Assembly: GCA_964561995.1 (NCBI GenBank)
Contig: CAZLQZ010000001.1
Span: 20,867 to 44,866 of the forward strand
Origin: an uncultured Methanosarcinales archaeon
Lineage (GTDB): Archaea; Nanobdellota; Nanobdellia; Woesearchaeales; JABIAG01
Reading direction: 5' to 3'
Length of the DNA stretch: 24,000 bases
Both the position numbers and the translations under genes were made by a program. Position 1 is the first letter of the stretch, and each line of letters begins with the position of its first letter. The notes beneath the pieces are model-generated. The model ran no database searches. It was not told the DNA's origin and saw nothing but the letters and a program-made list of their open reading frames with translations. This document shows positions 1 through 9,300 of this stretch, one piece after another.

Positions 1-6
1 ATTGGA

Positions 7-660
7 ATGAAAAGATATGATTTACATGGGCATTCTTATTATTCAAAATGTTCTAATTTAAAACCTAAAATTATTTTAAAAAGAGCAAAAAAAAGAGGAT
101 TAAATGGTCTTGCAGTTACAGATCATAATACAATTAAAGGTGCAGTAGAAACAAAAAAGTTAAACAAAGATCCAAATTTTGAAGTTATTATTGGTGAAGA
201 AGTTATGACTAATAAAGGTGAAGTTCTTGCTTTGTATATTAATGAAGAAATTAAACCGGGAAAGTTTGAAGACGTAATTAAAGAAATAAAACAACAAGGT
301 GGAATTTCAATTTTAGCTCATCCTTTTAGTATGGTTGGTCTGCAAAGAAAAAGGGCATCTGGAAATATTTATGATAAAGTTGATGCTATTGAAGGTTTTA
401 ATGCTCGTTCATTTTTTAAGTTTGAAAATTATGAGGCTCAAATAAAAGCTAAAGAAATTGATAAACCTATTACTGCGGGTTCTGATTATCACTTTTGGTT
501 TGAAGTTGGACGTGCATATACAATGTTTGAAGGAGATTTAAAAACAGCAATTAAAGAGCACAAAACAAACATTAGGGGAAGTAATCTTTTTGCAATTCCT
601 GCTAGAATTATTACTTTTTTTCAAAAGTATATTATCTCTGCTCTAAAGAATTATAAATAA
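7..660 (+). CDS. PHP-domain metal-dependent phosphoesterase (217 aa)
   Basis: ATG at 7. DLHGHS (HxH), VTDHN, AHPF and GSDYH motifs occur in the order typical of PHP/histidinol-phosphatase-like phosphoesterases. The 3' end overlaps the convergent ADH gene by 29 nt. Confidence 0.75.
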   Translation: MKRYDLHGHSYYSKCSNLKPKIILKRAKKRGLNGLAVTDHNTIKGAVETKKLNKDPNFEVIIGEEVMTNKGEVLALYINEEIKPGKFEDVIKEIKQQGGISILAHPFSMVGLQRKRASGNIYDKVDAIEGFNARSFFKFENYEAQIKAKEIDKPITAGSDYHFWFEVGRAYTMFEGDLKTAIKEHKTNIRGSNLFAIPARIITFFQKYIISALKNYK

Positions 661-1816
661 TTTCTCTAATATCATTTTTGCTAAGGGGTGCGGGACTTCT
701 TTTCACACTTCCCTTTCTATAACCTAATGTGTCTAAAAATATTAATTCACAATCTTGTTGATTAAATGTTTGTTTAGTTTTATCTAAATCTAATAGTTTC
801 ATGTAATTAAAAATAGTTCTTACAAAATCACCATTTCCTCCAAGTAATCTAGAAACTTTCTCATATTTAGATTTTAATGTATCGCTGCCATTTTCAATTT
901 GTTTTTTTGAAGTTTCAGCCATTACGTAAGCTAATGATTGTCCATGATTTACTTCTGGAAATCTTGCAGAAATTGGATGAGAGATTGCATGAGGTACATG
1001 AGTTCCTATTAAGGTTAGAGCAATACCTGAAAAAATATCTGCATATATCATTCCTAGTTTATTATTAATGCCGTCTCCATTATATGATGCAATTAAATGT
1101 TCTCGTAAAGAGGTAAAAGCTGCTTCACAAAATTCTGCTGCTTCTGTTGTACAATCATCTCTTGTATAAACTTCTGCAGCATGACATAAAACATCAAAAC
1201 CAGTTGTAGCAATTACTTGGTCAGGCATTTTTCTTATAATATCTAAATCAATATAAGATTTTTTAGGTAATAATAAAGTGTTTTTTAAAGTCTTTTTTTC
1301 TAAAGTGTCAGTATTAGTGACTACTGCATATGGGGTTACGTGACTTCCTGTGCCTGAGGTAGTGCTACTTGCAACAATTGGGATGCCACTATCAAGTTCT
1401 TTTTTTTTTTCAACATAGTCCCAAACATCGCCATTTAAACTAACAGCAATTACTTTAGATGTGTCAATTACTGAACCGCCACCTAAGGCAAAAATCACGT
1501 CTGGTTGAAATTCTTTAGCTTTTTTCACTCCAGTCTTCATTTGTTTTAATGTAGGATTAGATGAAATATTGTCGTAATGAAGAGCATTTAATCCGTGTTT
1601 TTTGAATAGTTCATTGTAAATTGTTAAAAACCCATAATTTCTCATTGCTCTTGTTCCAGTACAAAACATAACTTTTTTTCCAAATTGAGTTAAACCTTTT
1701 ACAGTTTCTTCATGATTATTTTGTCCCACATGAATTTCTAAATTGTTAATGTAATCGATATTAGAATATTTTAAAAGTAATTCATCTAATCTTTCTTTTT
1801 CACTGTTTGTGTCCAT
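632..1816 (-). CDS. iron-containing (class III) alcohol dehydrogenase family protein (394 aa)
   Basis: GGGSVIDTSK nucleotide loop, SSTTSGTGSHVTPYAV, TGFDVLCHAAE and HAISHP metal-ligand histidine motifs characteristic of the Fe-ADH family. TTTATAAA at 1838-1845 lies about 26 nt from the ATG. Confidence 0.8.
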   Translation of the reverse strand: MDTNSEKERLDELLLKYSNIDYINNLEIHVGQNNHEETVKGLTQFGKKVMFCTGTRAMRNYGFLTIYNELFKKHGLNALHYDNISSNPTLKQMKTGVKKAKEFQPDVIFALGGGSVIDTSKVIAVSLNGDVWDYVEKKKELDSGIPIVASSTTSGTGSHVTPYAVVTNTDTLEKKTLKNTLLLPKKSYIDLDIIRKMPDQVIATTGFDVLCHAAEVYTRDDCTTEAAEFCEAAFTSLREHLIASYNGDGINNKLGMIYADIFSGIALTLIGTHVPHAISHPISARFPEVNHGQSLAYVMAETSKKQIENGSDTLKSKYEKVSRLLGGNGDFVRTIFNYMKLLDLDKTKQTFNQQDCELIFLDTLGYRKGSVKRSPAPLSKNDIREIIYNSLEQR

Positions 1817-1858
1817 AAATTTAGTAAGAAATATACGTTTATAAAGATTTTTGATAAA

Positions 1859-2491
1859 TTATCGGTTCATTTGAATGCCAAGATAATAAAATACAAATAA
1901 AATGCCTGAAATCAAAACTGAAATTTGTAATGATAAAGTTAAATAATTTAAATTAAATAAATTAAACAAATAAAATGCGATAATTGTTGGATAATATAAA
2001 AACGCCGAATTAGCTCTCGGTTTAATAATCCAATTTGTTTTTTTATATTCATTAAAATAAATTATTGCAAATATATTTGTATGTCCAAATAATATTATGA
2101 AAAAAATGATTAGTAATGGTTCTACTGAATAACTTATGAATGTTGAAGCAATTAAAAAAACAGTAAATATATCTACTGAAATATCTAAAAATTTACCTTT
2201 GTCAGACATTCTTCTCATATGTCTTGCCAGTACTCCATCAAAACTGTCTAATAAGAGTGAAGCAGTCACTAAAATTATGGCAGTTGTTTTATGTGTATTA
2301 TACAAAATAAAGAACATTATTGTTAAAAACAACCTAAAGCTTGTAATCATGTTTGGAGTTATTCCAATTTTAGAACAAGAACCTACAAATGGTTTAAGAA
2401 ATTTATTTCTAAATCTTCTATTTCCCTTATATAATTTATAATAAATTAATCTGTAAAAAGGATTCCATTTTTTTTTAATTAGTTTAAGCAT
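1859..2491 (-). CDS. CDP-alcohol phosphatidyltransferase family membrane protein (210 aa)
   Basis: DSFDGVLARHMRRMSDKGKFLDISVD fits the D-x2-DG-x2-AR-x8-G-x3-D-x3-D signature. Polytopic hydrophobic profile. The start is 1 nt after the stop of the upstream paralog, suggesting an operon. Confidence 0.8.
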   Translation of the reverse strand: MLKLIKKKWNPFYRLIYYKLYKGNRRFRNKFLKPFVGSCSKIGITPNMITSFRLFLTIMFFILYNTHKTTAIILVTASLLLDSFDGVLARHMRRMSDKGKFLDISVDIFTVFLIASTFISYSVEPLLIIFFIILFGHTNIFAIIYFNEYKKTNWIIKPRANSAFLYYPTIIAFYLFNLFNLNYLTLSLQISVLISGILFVFYYLGIQMNR

Positions 2492-2492
2492 T

Positions 2493-3050
2493 TTATATTC
2501 CTTTTAAAATTTCTTTTCTATGCCAATAAAGAAAATTACCTGCATATCCTAGTGAGATTAATGCCACAATTAAGTTAATCCAAAATACTAAAGTTTGATT
2601 AAAAAATACAATACTTCCTGCTAAATTAAAATACATAAAAAATAAGGTATAAATAATTACTGCTGATTGCATTAAAAATTTACTTTTACCCATCCAATTT
2701 GCCCCTACTACTTTTGTTGGTTTTGAACAAACTTGTCTAATGCCTGTAACTAAAAATTCTCTGCATAATACAATTAATACTATCCATAGTGGAATTATTT
2801 TTAAGTCTGAGAAAGCAAAGAATATTGACAAAATTAGCATTTTATCTACTAAAGGATCAAAGAAAGTTCCAAAAATAGACTTAAGATTTCTTTTTCTTGC
2901 AATTTGTCCATCTAATCTATCTGTATATATTGCAATTAAAAATACTGCTATACTTGCAAGAATATAATTGGCGTTATTAGAATACATTAACCAGATTATC
3001 ACTGGAATCAATATTGCTCTAAACATTGTTAACTTATTAGGTAAATTCAT
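2493..3050 (-). CDS. CDP-alcohol phosphatidyltransferase family membrane protein (PgsA-like; 185 aa from ATG at 3050)
   Basis: DRLDGQIARKRNLKSIFGTFFDPLVD fits the CDP-alcohol phosphatidyltransferase signature. The ORF-track start at 3128 is a TTG (plus strand reads caa) and would overlap the divergent gene. The in-frame ATG at 3050 gives the family-typical N-terminus MNLPNKLTMFR and sits about 26-29 nt from a TATA element. Confidence 0.8.
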   Translation of the reverse strand: MNLPNKLTMFRAILIPVIIWLMYSNNANYILASIAVFLIAIYTDRLDGQIARKRNLKSIFGTFFDPLVDKMLILSIFFAFSDLKIIPLWIVLIVLCREFLVTGIRQVCSKPTKVVGANWMGKSKFLMQSAVIIYTLFFMYFNLAGSIVFFNQTLVFWINLIVALISLGYAGNFLYWHRKEILKGI

Positions 3051-3072
3051 TAATGCTTCTTTTTGAACAAAG

Positions 3073-3085
3073 TTTTTAAATATTT
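3073..3085. promoter_or_regulatory. candidate shared TATA element between divergent leaderless genes
   Basis: TTTTTAAATATTT lies roughly midway between the minus-strand ATG at 3050 and the plus-strand ATG at 3104 (54 nt apart), about 25-29 nt from each. Confidence 0.4.
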
Positions 3086-3103
3086 CGAAATTATCTACTA
3101 GAT

Positions 3104-3547
3104 ATGAATCTAAAAATACTAAATTCAAAGGAATTAAAAGAAATAAGAAGAAAAATAGAAGAACAATATGGTATAACTGAAAAATTCCCTTACGTTTTTT
3201 TACTTTCAGAAAAAGAAGATATTTACATTATTAATGATGAAGTAAAAAATATAGACCTAGATAAATTAAATATTAATACAATTGGTATTTATTTTGGTCA
3301 AGTTAGAAATGATTTTAGACCTAGTCTTGAAGGTTCTCAAATAATTGGTAAATTTGTAAAAAAAAATATTTTAGAAGTTGATGATAAAGTTGCTAAAATG
3401 TGGATGTATGGGTTAGATATTCCTTGTAAAGAAGAATTAACTGGCTATGTTATTATAAAAAATAAAGATAACTTTTTAGGTTCAGGAAGGTATAAGGGAG
3501 GGATGATTTTAAATTTTGTTCCTAAAGGTAGAAGAATTCACGAGTGA
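3104..3547 (+). CDS. NIP7-like / PUA-domain protein (147 aa), putative ribosome-biogenesis or RNA-binding factor
   Basis: Overall pattern resembles NIP7/UPF0113: an N-terminal helical part (EIRRKIEEQYG), a central IGIYFG...FRPSLEG, and a C-terminal PUA-like GYVIIKNKDNFLGSGRY. Recognised from memory of the family, not searched. Confidence 0.5.
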   Translation: MNLKILNSKELKEIRRKIEEQYGITEKFPYVFLLSEKEDIYIINDEVKNIDLDKLNINTIGIYFGQVRNDFRPSLEGSQIIGKFVKKNILEVDDKVAKMWMYGLDIPCKEELTGYVIIKNKDNFLGSGRYKGGMILNFVPKGRRIHE

Positions 3548-3666
3548 AATTTCATTAATTTTTGTAAATATATTAATTAATTTAAAAAAAGAATTGAATT
3601 AAAAAATATTTTTTTTTAAGTATTAAAATTTTAAATTATTTAGATTAATAATATTTTAATATTTTT

Positions 3667-3897
3667 TTATTTTAGTAGTTCTTCCATTTTTTGACCACTA
3701 CCTTCAGCACCTTTAGTATCTTTAGCTATTTTTTCTAAATCAACACCTAGTTCTTTTAATGCTCCAATATGCATCTGCATTATTTGTTCAACAATTCCTA
3801 GCATTTTAGCAAGTTCTTGTCTTTCTTTGGCTAAAGTTGATAGTGCACCTTTATGAAATCCTACTTGTTCGTCTTTAGATTCGTTAGTTTTTGCCAT
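3667..3897 (-). CDS. hypothetical small helical protein (76 aa)
   Basis: ATG start with a TATA at correct leaderless spacing. Heptad-like charged/hydrophobic pattern. No recognisable family. Confidence 0.5.
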   Translation of the reverse strand: MAKTNESKDEQVGFHKGALSTLAKERQELAKMLGIVEQIMQMHIGALKELGVDLEKIAKDTKGAEGSGQKMEELLK

Positions 3898-3918
3898 ATA
3901 ACATATAATTTAATAATG

Positions 3919-3926
3919 TTTATAAA
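3919..3926. promoter_or_regulatory. candidate shared TATA element between divergent leaderless genes
   Basis: TTTATAAA is centred at about 3922.5, which is 25-26 nt from both the minus-strand ATG (3897) and the plus-strand ATG (3948). Confidence 0.45.
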
Positions 3927-3947
3927 TGTTCCTACTAATCAATTTGT

Positions 3948-4340
3948 ATGGATAGAATAAAAGAATTAGCTTGTTTAATTTGTAATCATAGGAATTTTAA
4001 GACAATCACTAAAGAAATCAGTAAGATTTTATTAAAATTAAAAATAATTCAAAATAAAAAATCTGTAATTCCAGTTTGTTTAAATTCAAATACAATTGAT
4101 GCAGCTTTTGCATGTTCTATTGATTCTAATAAAAATGTGTTTGGAAAGAAGATTTATATTTTAATTAAACCAGATCATAGTGAAAAAAGAATTATTCGGG
4201 TGTTAATCCAAATTGAAAGTTCGGTTTGGCAAAAAAAAGAAGATGAAGATAACCAAAGACATGATGTTAAAGAAGTGATGGAAGATGAAATTGAAGATGC
4301 TCTTAAAGATATTAAAAGATATTTTAGAAAGCATAATTGA
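3948..4340 (+). CDS. hypothetical protein (130 aa) with acidic C-terminal tail
   Basis: ATG start, TATA at -26 spacing, uninterrupted ORF. No recognisable motifs. Confidence 0.5.
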   Translation: MDRIKELACLICNHRNFKTITKEISKILLKLKIIQNKKSVIPVCLNSNTIDAAFACSIDSNKNVFGKKIYILIKPDHSEKRIIRVLIQIESSVWQKKEDEDNQRHDVKEVMEDEIEDALKDIKRYFRKHN

Positions 4341-4389
4341 TTTTTATTTAAGCATAATCTTTTTAAATATTCTTTTTAAATTCTAATTT

Positions 4390-5061
4390 ATGAAAGGAAT
4401 AACTAAAACTATACTTGTAGTTATAATAATAATACTTGCTTTATTTGTTGTTAAAGAAGTAATGAGAATAAATACAAAATCGGTGACGGGCAATCTTGTT
4501 CTTGACTCAGTAAATTTAGAAGATCCATTTCTAGGTCCTAAAGACGCGGAATTAGTTGTAATTGAATATTCTGAATTTCAATGTCCTTATTGTTCTGCCG
4601 CAGTTGGTACACATGAGCAATTAGTTCAAAGATTTAAAAGTTCAATGCCTGATTGGGAAGCATCAGTTCCAAAACTAGAAGAACTTGCAAGAGAAGGAAA
4701 AATAAAATTTATCTTTAAACATTTCCCATTAGATTTTCACGAATATGCCCAAATTGCTGCAGAAGCATCTGAAGCTGCAAATGCACAAGGGAAGTTTTGG
4801 GAATTTCATGATGAACTGTTTAAAACTGCTGGAAATTTTGATGAAGATACTTTAATTGAAATCGCAGAAGATTTGGAATTAGATGTAGAAAGATTTAAAG
4901 CCGAATTAGATGCTGGAGTTTATACCGAGTCAGTTACAAAAGATAGATTGGAAGGAGTGCAGCAAGGTATTAGAGGAACTCCTGCTTTTTTAGTAAATGG
5001 TAAGTTAATTTCAGGAGCTCAACCTTTTAGTGTTTTTGAAAAAGAACTTGGATTAGAGTAG
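4390..5061 (+). CDS. DsbA-family thiol:disulfide oxidoreductase, membrane-anchored (223 aa)
   Basis: N-terminal hydrophobic helix (ILVVIIIILALFVV). CPYC active-site motif preceded by VIEYSEFQ. C-terminal GTPAFLVNG typical of the DsbA/thioredoxin fold. TTTTTAAATAT (4360-4370) lies about 26 nt upstream of the ATG. Confidence 0.8.
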   Translation: MKGITKTILVVIIIILALFVVKEVMRINTKSVTGNLVLDSVNLEDPFLGPKDAELVVIEYSEFQCPYCSAAVGTHEQLVQRFKSSMPDWEASVPKLEELAREGKIKFIFKHFPLDFHEYAQIAAEASEAANAQGKFWEFHDELFKTAGNFDEDTLIEIAEDLELDVERFKAELDAGVYTESVTKDRLEGVQQGIRGTPAFLVNGKLISGAQPFSVFEKELGLE

Positions 5062-5096
5062 ACTGCTTTAAGTAGATTCAATTCTTTAAACTTTTT

Positions 5097-5135
5097 TTAT
5101 TTTTCAAATTGTTTTTAACTTATTTTTCAAATTGT
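5097..5135 (+). repeat. two direct copies of TTATTTTTCAAATTGT (5097-5112 and 5120-5135), candidate origin-recognition-box-like elements
   Basis: Exact 16-nt direct repeat with 23-nt periodicity in the 141-bp intergenic region immediately upstream of orc1/cdc6. Confidence 0.45.
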
Positions 5136-5172
5136 CAAATTTAGTTAATTAATAGTTAGAAAAACACAAAAT

Positions 5173-5180
5173 TTTATATA
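5173..5180 (+). promoter_or_regulatory. TATA box of orc1/cdc6 (leaderless spacing)
   Basis: TTTATATA is centred about 26 nt upstream of the ATG at 5203. Confidence 0.5.
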
Positions 5181-5202
5181 TTCTAATTCTATTAAATAAT
5201 TT

Positions 5203-6279
5203 ATGTCAATGTTTAAAGATATGCTAAAGGATACTGAATCTTTATTTACAGGAAATGTGGAAGCACTCGATTTTGATTATATTCCTAAATTAATTCCTTT
5301 TAGAGAAAATGAACAAAGAGAGATTGCTACTTGCATTAAACCTATTTTTCAAAAAAGAAATGGAAGAAATATTTTAGTTCACGGTAAACCCGGAATTGGA
5401 AAAACAGTTGCAATTAAACATTTATTAAAAGATTTGGAAGATGAAACGGATGATATTTTGTCAGTTTTTATTAATTGTTGGCAAAGTAATACTACTTATA
5501 AAATCATGCTTGAAATTTGTGAACAATTAGGGTATAAATTCATTCAAAATAAAAAAACTGAAGATTTAGTAAAAGTAATAAAAGAAATAATTAATAAGAA
5601 TGCAGGTGCCGTTTTTGTTTTTGATGAAATTGATAAGGCTGAAGATTCAGACTTTTTATATACTTTATTGGAAGTTATATTTAGAAAATCTATTATTATT
5701 ATAACAAATTATAAGTCTTGGTTTACAGACCTTGATGAAAGAACTAAATCAAGATTAATTCCTGACTTATTAGAATTTAAAGAATATAATGAAAAAGAAA
5801 CAATTGAAATTTTAAAACAAAGAATGAAATATGCTTTTGTTTCAGGTGTTTGGGATGACGATGCTTTTTTGATGCTTGCAAAAAAGTCCACTCAATTAAA
5901 AGATATACGAACTGGCTTATATTTGATTAAAGAGGCAGGTCAACATGCAGAAGACCAATCCAAAAAACGAATAGAAAAAGAAGATGCCAAAATTGCACTT
6001 TCAAAACTTGAAAGTTTTTCAATAAAAAATAGTGCTAGTTTAATCGATGTTGAAAAAGAAATTCTTGATATGATTAAAAAAAATACTGGAACTAAAATCG
6101 GGGACCTATTTAAATTATATTCTGCAAAGGGTAAAGATATTAGTTACAAAACCTTTCAAAGAAAAATTAAAAAATTAGAAGAAGGAAAGTTTATTTTCAT
6201 TAAAAAGGTAGGTGGTGGAACTGAAGGTAAAACTTCAATTATTAATTATGGTGAAAGTAAAAAATTGACCGATTTTTAA
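5203..6279 (+). CDS. cdc6: Orc1/Cdc6 replication initiator AAA+ ATPase (358 aa)
   Basis: N-terminal LIPFRENEQREI, Walker A HGKPGIGKT, Walker B VFVFDEID, and a C-terminal winged-helix-like region. This is the typical archaeal Orc1/Cdc6 architecture. Confidence 0.9.
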   Translation: MSMFKDMLKDTESLFTGNVEALDFDYIPKLIPFRENEQREIATCIKPIFQKRNGRNILVHGKPGIGKTVAIKHLLKDLEDETDDILSVFINCWQSNTTYKIMLEICEQLGYKFIQNKKTEDLVKVIKEIINKNAGAVFVFDEIDKAEDSDFLYTLLEVIFRKSIIIITNYKSWFTDLDERTKSRLIPDLLEFKEYNEKETIEILKQRMKYAFVSGVWDDDAFLMLAKKSTQLKDIRTGLYLIKEAGQHAEDQSKKRIEKEDAKIALSKLESFSIKNSASLIDVEKEILDMIKKNTGTKIGDLFKLYSAKGKDISYKTFQRKIKKLEEGKFIFIKKVGGGTEGKTSIINYGESKKLTDF

Positions 6280-6330
6280 TATCTAAATCTGTACCTAAAT
6301 TCTTTTAAAGTTATTATTTAATAATTAATT

Positions 6331-9300
6331 ATGTCTTTAGAAGATTCTCTAAAAGATAATGAAGTTCTATTAACGCAGGTAGCTGTAAGAGATAATCAGC
6401 AATCTTCTCAACAACTTCAGTTAAGGTTTAAAGGATTGTCTGATGTTTATGTTCCTTATCAACACACTTATTTTTCCATTCCACTTTCTCAAACAGAGGC
6501 ACAAGATTTAATTGAACAAATTCAAAATCCACTCATTAACGGCCAGAAAAATCCCTTTTATGGTTACCAGCATACTAAAACTTTGGTGCAAGGATATTTT
6601 AACATAGTTCAAGTTACTGCTCCAAGAACCGAATCTAAAGCTTTTCAAAGATTAAGATATAAAACAAGATGTGGTGAGTTTAATTTAAGTTCTTTAAAAA
6701 GTAAAGGAAAAAAATTATTTAGGGGTGGCTATTTTAATAGACAAGCACGTTGGAACTTACAAGACGAAGAAAACTATTTGTTGCCAGGTATAATTGTAGA
6801 AACGGATAATGAATTAATTACAATTTTAGAAAAAAAAAGACAGTTGGATAAATTAAATAGTTCTTTAGATAAAATAAGAAGACATACAAAGGTTGGTTTT
6901 AAACAAGGTAGTTATTCTGGACAATGGAGTAATGCTGTTTCACGTTATAAAAAACTATTAAAATCTGACAATAGTTTTAATGCTAAAAAATCATTTCAAG
7001 AAACTAAATCTTTTTCATATTTAAATCAAGAAACAATTGAATTAATTGAAGATATAAACTCTTATGAAAATAGTTTTGAAACTTTAATTCGTGGCTTTGG
7101 AGATTTAGATTATAATTACAATTCAATTAAAAAGAAAGGAACTTATGGGTTATTTCTTAATCAAAGGCCAACTTTAAAATTCAAAAGACAGCTAACACTT
7201 GATGAATGGATGAATTTAAAGTTCATGTTTTTTGATATTGAAACTCCTAAATTTTTAGAAAATAATTATGAAGTTACTCAAGTTGCCGCAATTTTAACAG
7301 AAAATCAACAAGTAAAACAAAGAATAGTTTTTAATAAACAGGCAACAAAGATTACTGAAGTAAAAGGACATACAATTCGTTCAGGTTATGATACCGACAG
7401 AGACATGATTGGAGATATTTCAAATTGGGCCTTACAGAACGATATTGAAGTTATTTCGGCTTACAATATCAATTTCGATGCTTCTATGTTAAAAGAAAGG
7501 GGCGATCTTTATGTTGGCGAGGCCGAAGATGAACCAAAAAAAGATGTTACTAAAAAATTCTTTGAAAGATTTAGGATGGATGGTGGTTTTTGTGTAGACC
7601 TTTTAAGGTTAGGTCAAACTTTTTTAAGGGGATTTGCAAATGCTAAACTTGAAAATTTGTCTAGATTTTTTGGAGGTATGAGTGGATATAGAAAAACAAT
7701 TTCGTATGCTGAAATGGCTGAACTTCAATATCTTTCGGAAGGAATTGATGTAGAGCTTAGTTCATCAACAAAAGAAAAGCTTGAAACAATTCCTGGAAAT
7801 AGGGAAGTTGCAGCTCAAAGATTAATTTTAGAATATGTTTGTGATGATACTGAAGAAATGCCGAAATTATTATTTGGAGATTCAAATAAATTTCAAGAGA
7901 AAGAATTAACAAGAAATTGTTTGGAAAATTTAGTTTGGATGGCTGAAAATTTCAAACTTGATTTTATAAAATTACTTTATTCTCCTACTGCTTTAAGAGA
8001 TGTTTTTGATAGGGGCTACTTTAAACATATGGGAATACAAAGAGATGAGATTTATCCGAGAGGCATTAAATATTTTGAAAATGAAGTTAATAATAACAAG
8101 AACGCTTTGAAAGGGTTTATGAACAATTTGTTTGGGATTGAATCTAGTAATGGAACTTTTCATAGGGTGGAAAGAAGATTAATTCCGGTAGGATTTTTAT
8201 TAAGACATTATTTATCTAAAAAAACTCATTCAGTAAGAGATTTTATGGGTTATGTTGAAGAAAGAGTTCAAAAAGGAAGTCATCATGAATTTGTTTTTCT
8301 TTCACATTATGTTAATGGGTTAGCGGATTATATGTTGACAGATTTTGGGTCTTATTTAAGAACAAAAAAAAGATATGACCAAATCTTTTCTAAATTGACA
8401 ACTGAGCAACCTTATAAAGAAACGGTTTTAGGATTAAATGAACTTTTTTTACATAGGTATGGAAGGACTAGATTAGGTTTACAAATGGCAAATGGTGTGC
8501 TAGGGGAAGTTTTAAGTCAAGGAATTTATGATAGGGAAGGAAATTATAGAATTGTAAAAGCTGCAGATATTAAACATTTAAAAGAATTGAATCAATTTAG
8601 ATCTTTTGTTAAAAATTCTGGAAATAATTTTTTAGATATGCTTTTAGAATCAAATAGACTTACAACTTTAGAATTGTATAAACTTTTTTGGACTACATTT
8701 TATTTGGGTAGTAGTACTTCTAAAAATTTTGGAAATCATTTGATACATCCTGCAAGTATGGCAATGCATTTTGAAAATGAAGCAATGGCAATAAAAGAAG
8801 ATTTGAATAAATATGGTGAAATTTTATCTGTAAATTCTCCTTATGTTTATTTTCTTCCAGAAAAAAATGAATCTGATTTTTCAAAGTCTGTGGTAAATAG
8901 AGTTACTAATTCAAAAAGAGTTTATTGTTGTCCTGCTCAAACTGTGATTGAAGATTTATTTATTGCAGATAAAGAATATTCTAAGGAAGACGGTTTTTTT
9001 AAAGGAGTTAAGATTAAAGATGGTCCAGCTTATTTTTCAAATGCATTTTATTCTAATATTTATCTTAATACTTTAGAACATTTTTGGCAAGAAGATTATG
9101 TTTCTGGGATTAGAGGTATTATTTCAGCATTTAAAGATTTGAAGTCAAAAAGAATAGTAACTGAAGATGAAAAAATGAATTTTTTGTTTTTTAATAAGTC
9201 TAAGAAATGTTATTTTGGTTTTCAAGATTTTGAGAAATATATGTTTAGATTGGCAGAAGATGAAGAAGAAGATAAACTTCCAGTTCATCCTATTTCTCAA

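Noticed and set aside
632-1816. Interpreting the 394-aa dehydrogenase as archaeal glycerol-1-phosphate dehydrogenase (EgsA) because of the neighbouring lipid genes
   Set aside because: The motifs (GGGSxxDxxK, TSGTGSxVT, GxDxLxHAxE, HxxxH) and the length match class III Fe-ADHs rather than the shorter Zn-dependent EgsA/GldA branch. This cannot be settled without a profile search.
877-2967. Antisense ORFs 877..1068(+), 2136..2441(+) and 2740..2967(+)
   Set aside because: These are shadow frames opposite well-supported genes (Fe-ADH and both phosphatidyltransferases). They have low-complexity translations and no promoter or SD.
3051-3128. N-terminal extension of the second phosphatidyltransferase to the ORF-track start at 3128
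   Set aside because: The codon at 3128 is TTG. The extension overlaps the divergent gene start and its TATA. The ATG at 3050 gives the family-typical N-terminus and correct TATA spacing.
3548-3666. Nearly pure A/T 119-bp intergenic region considered as an origin unwinding element
   Set aside because: It has no repeated boxes and is not adjacent to orc1/cdc6. It lies between convergent gene ends, so it is more simply a bidirectional terminator region.
5709-5891. Antisense ORF within orc1/cdc6
   Set aside because: It is a shadow ORF opposite a strongly supported AAA+ gene.
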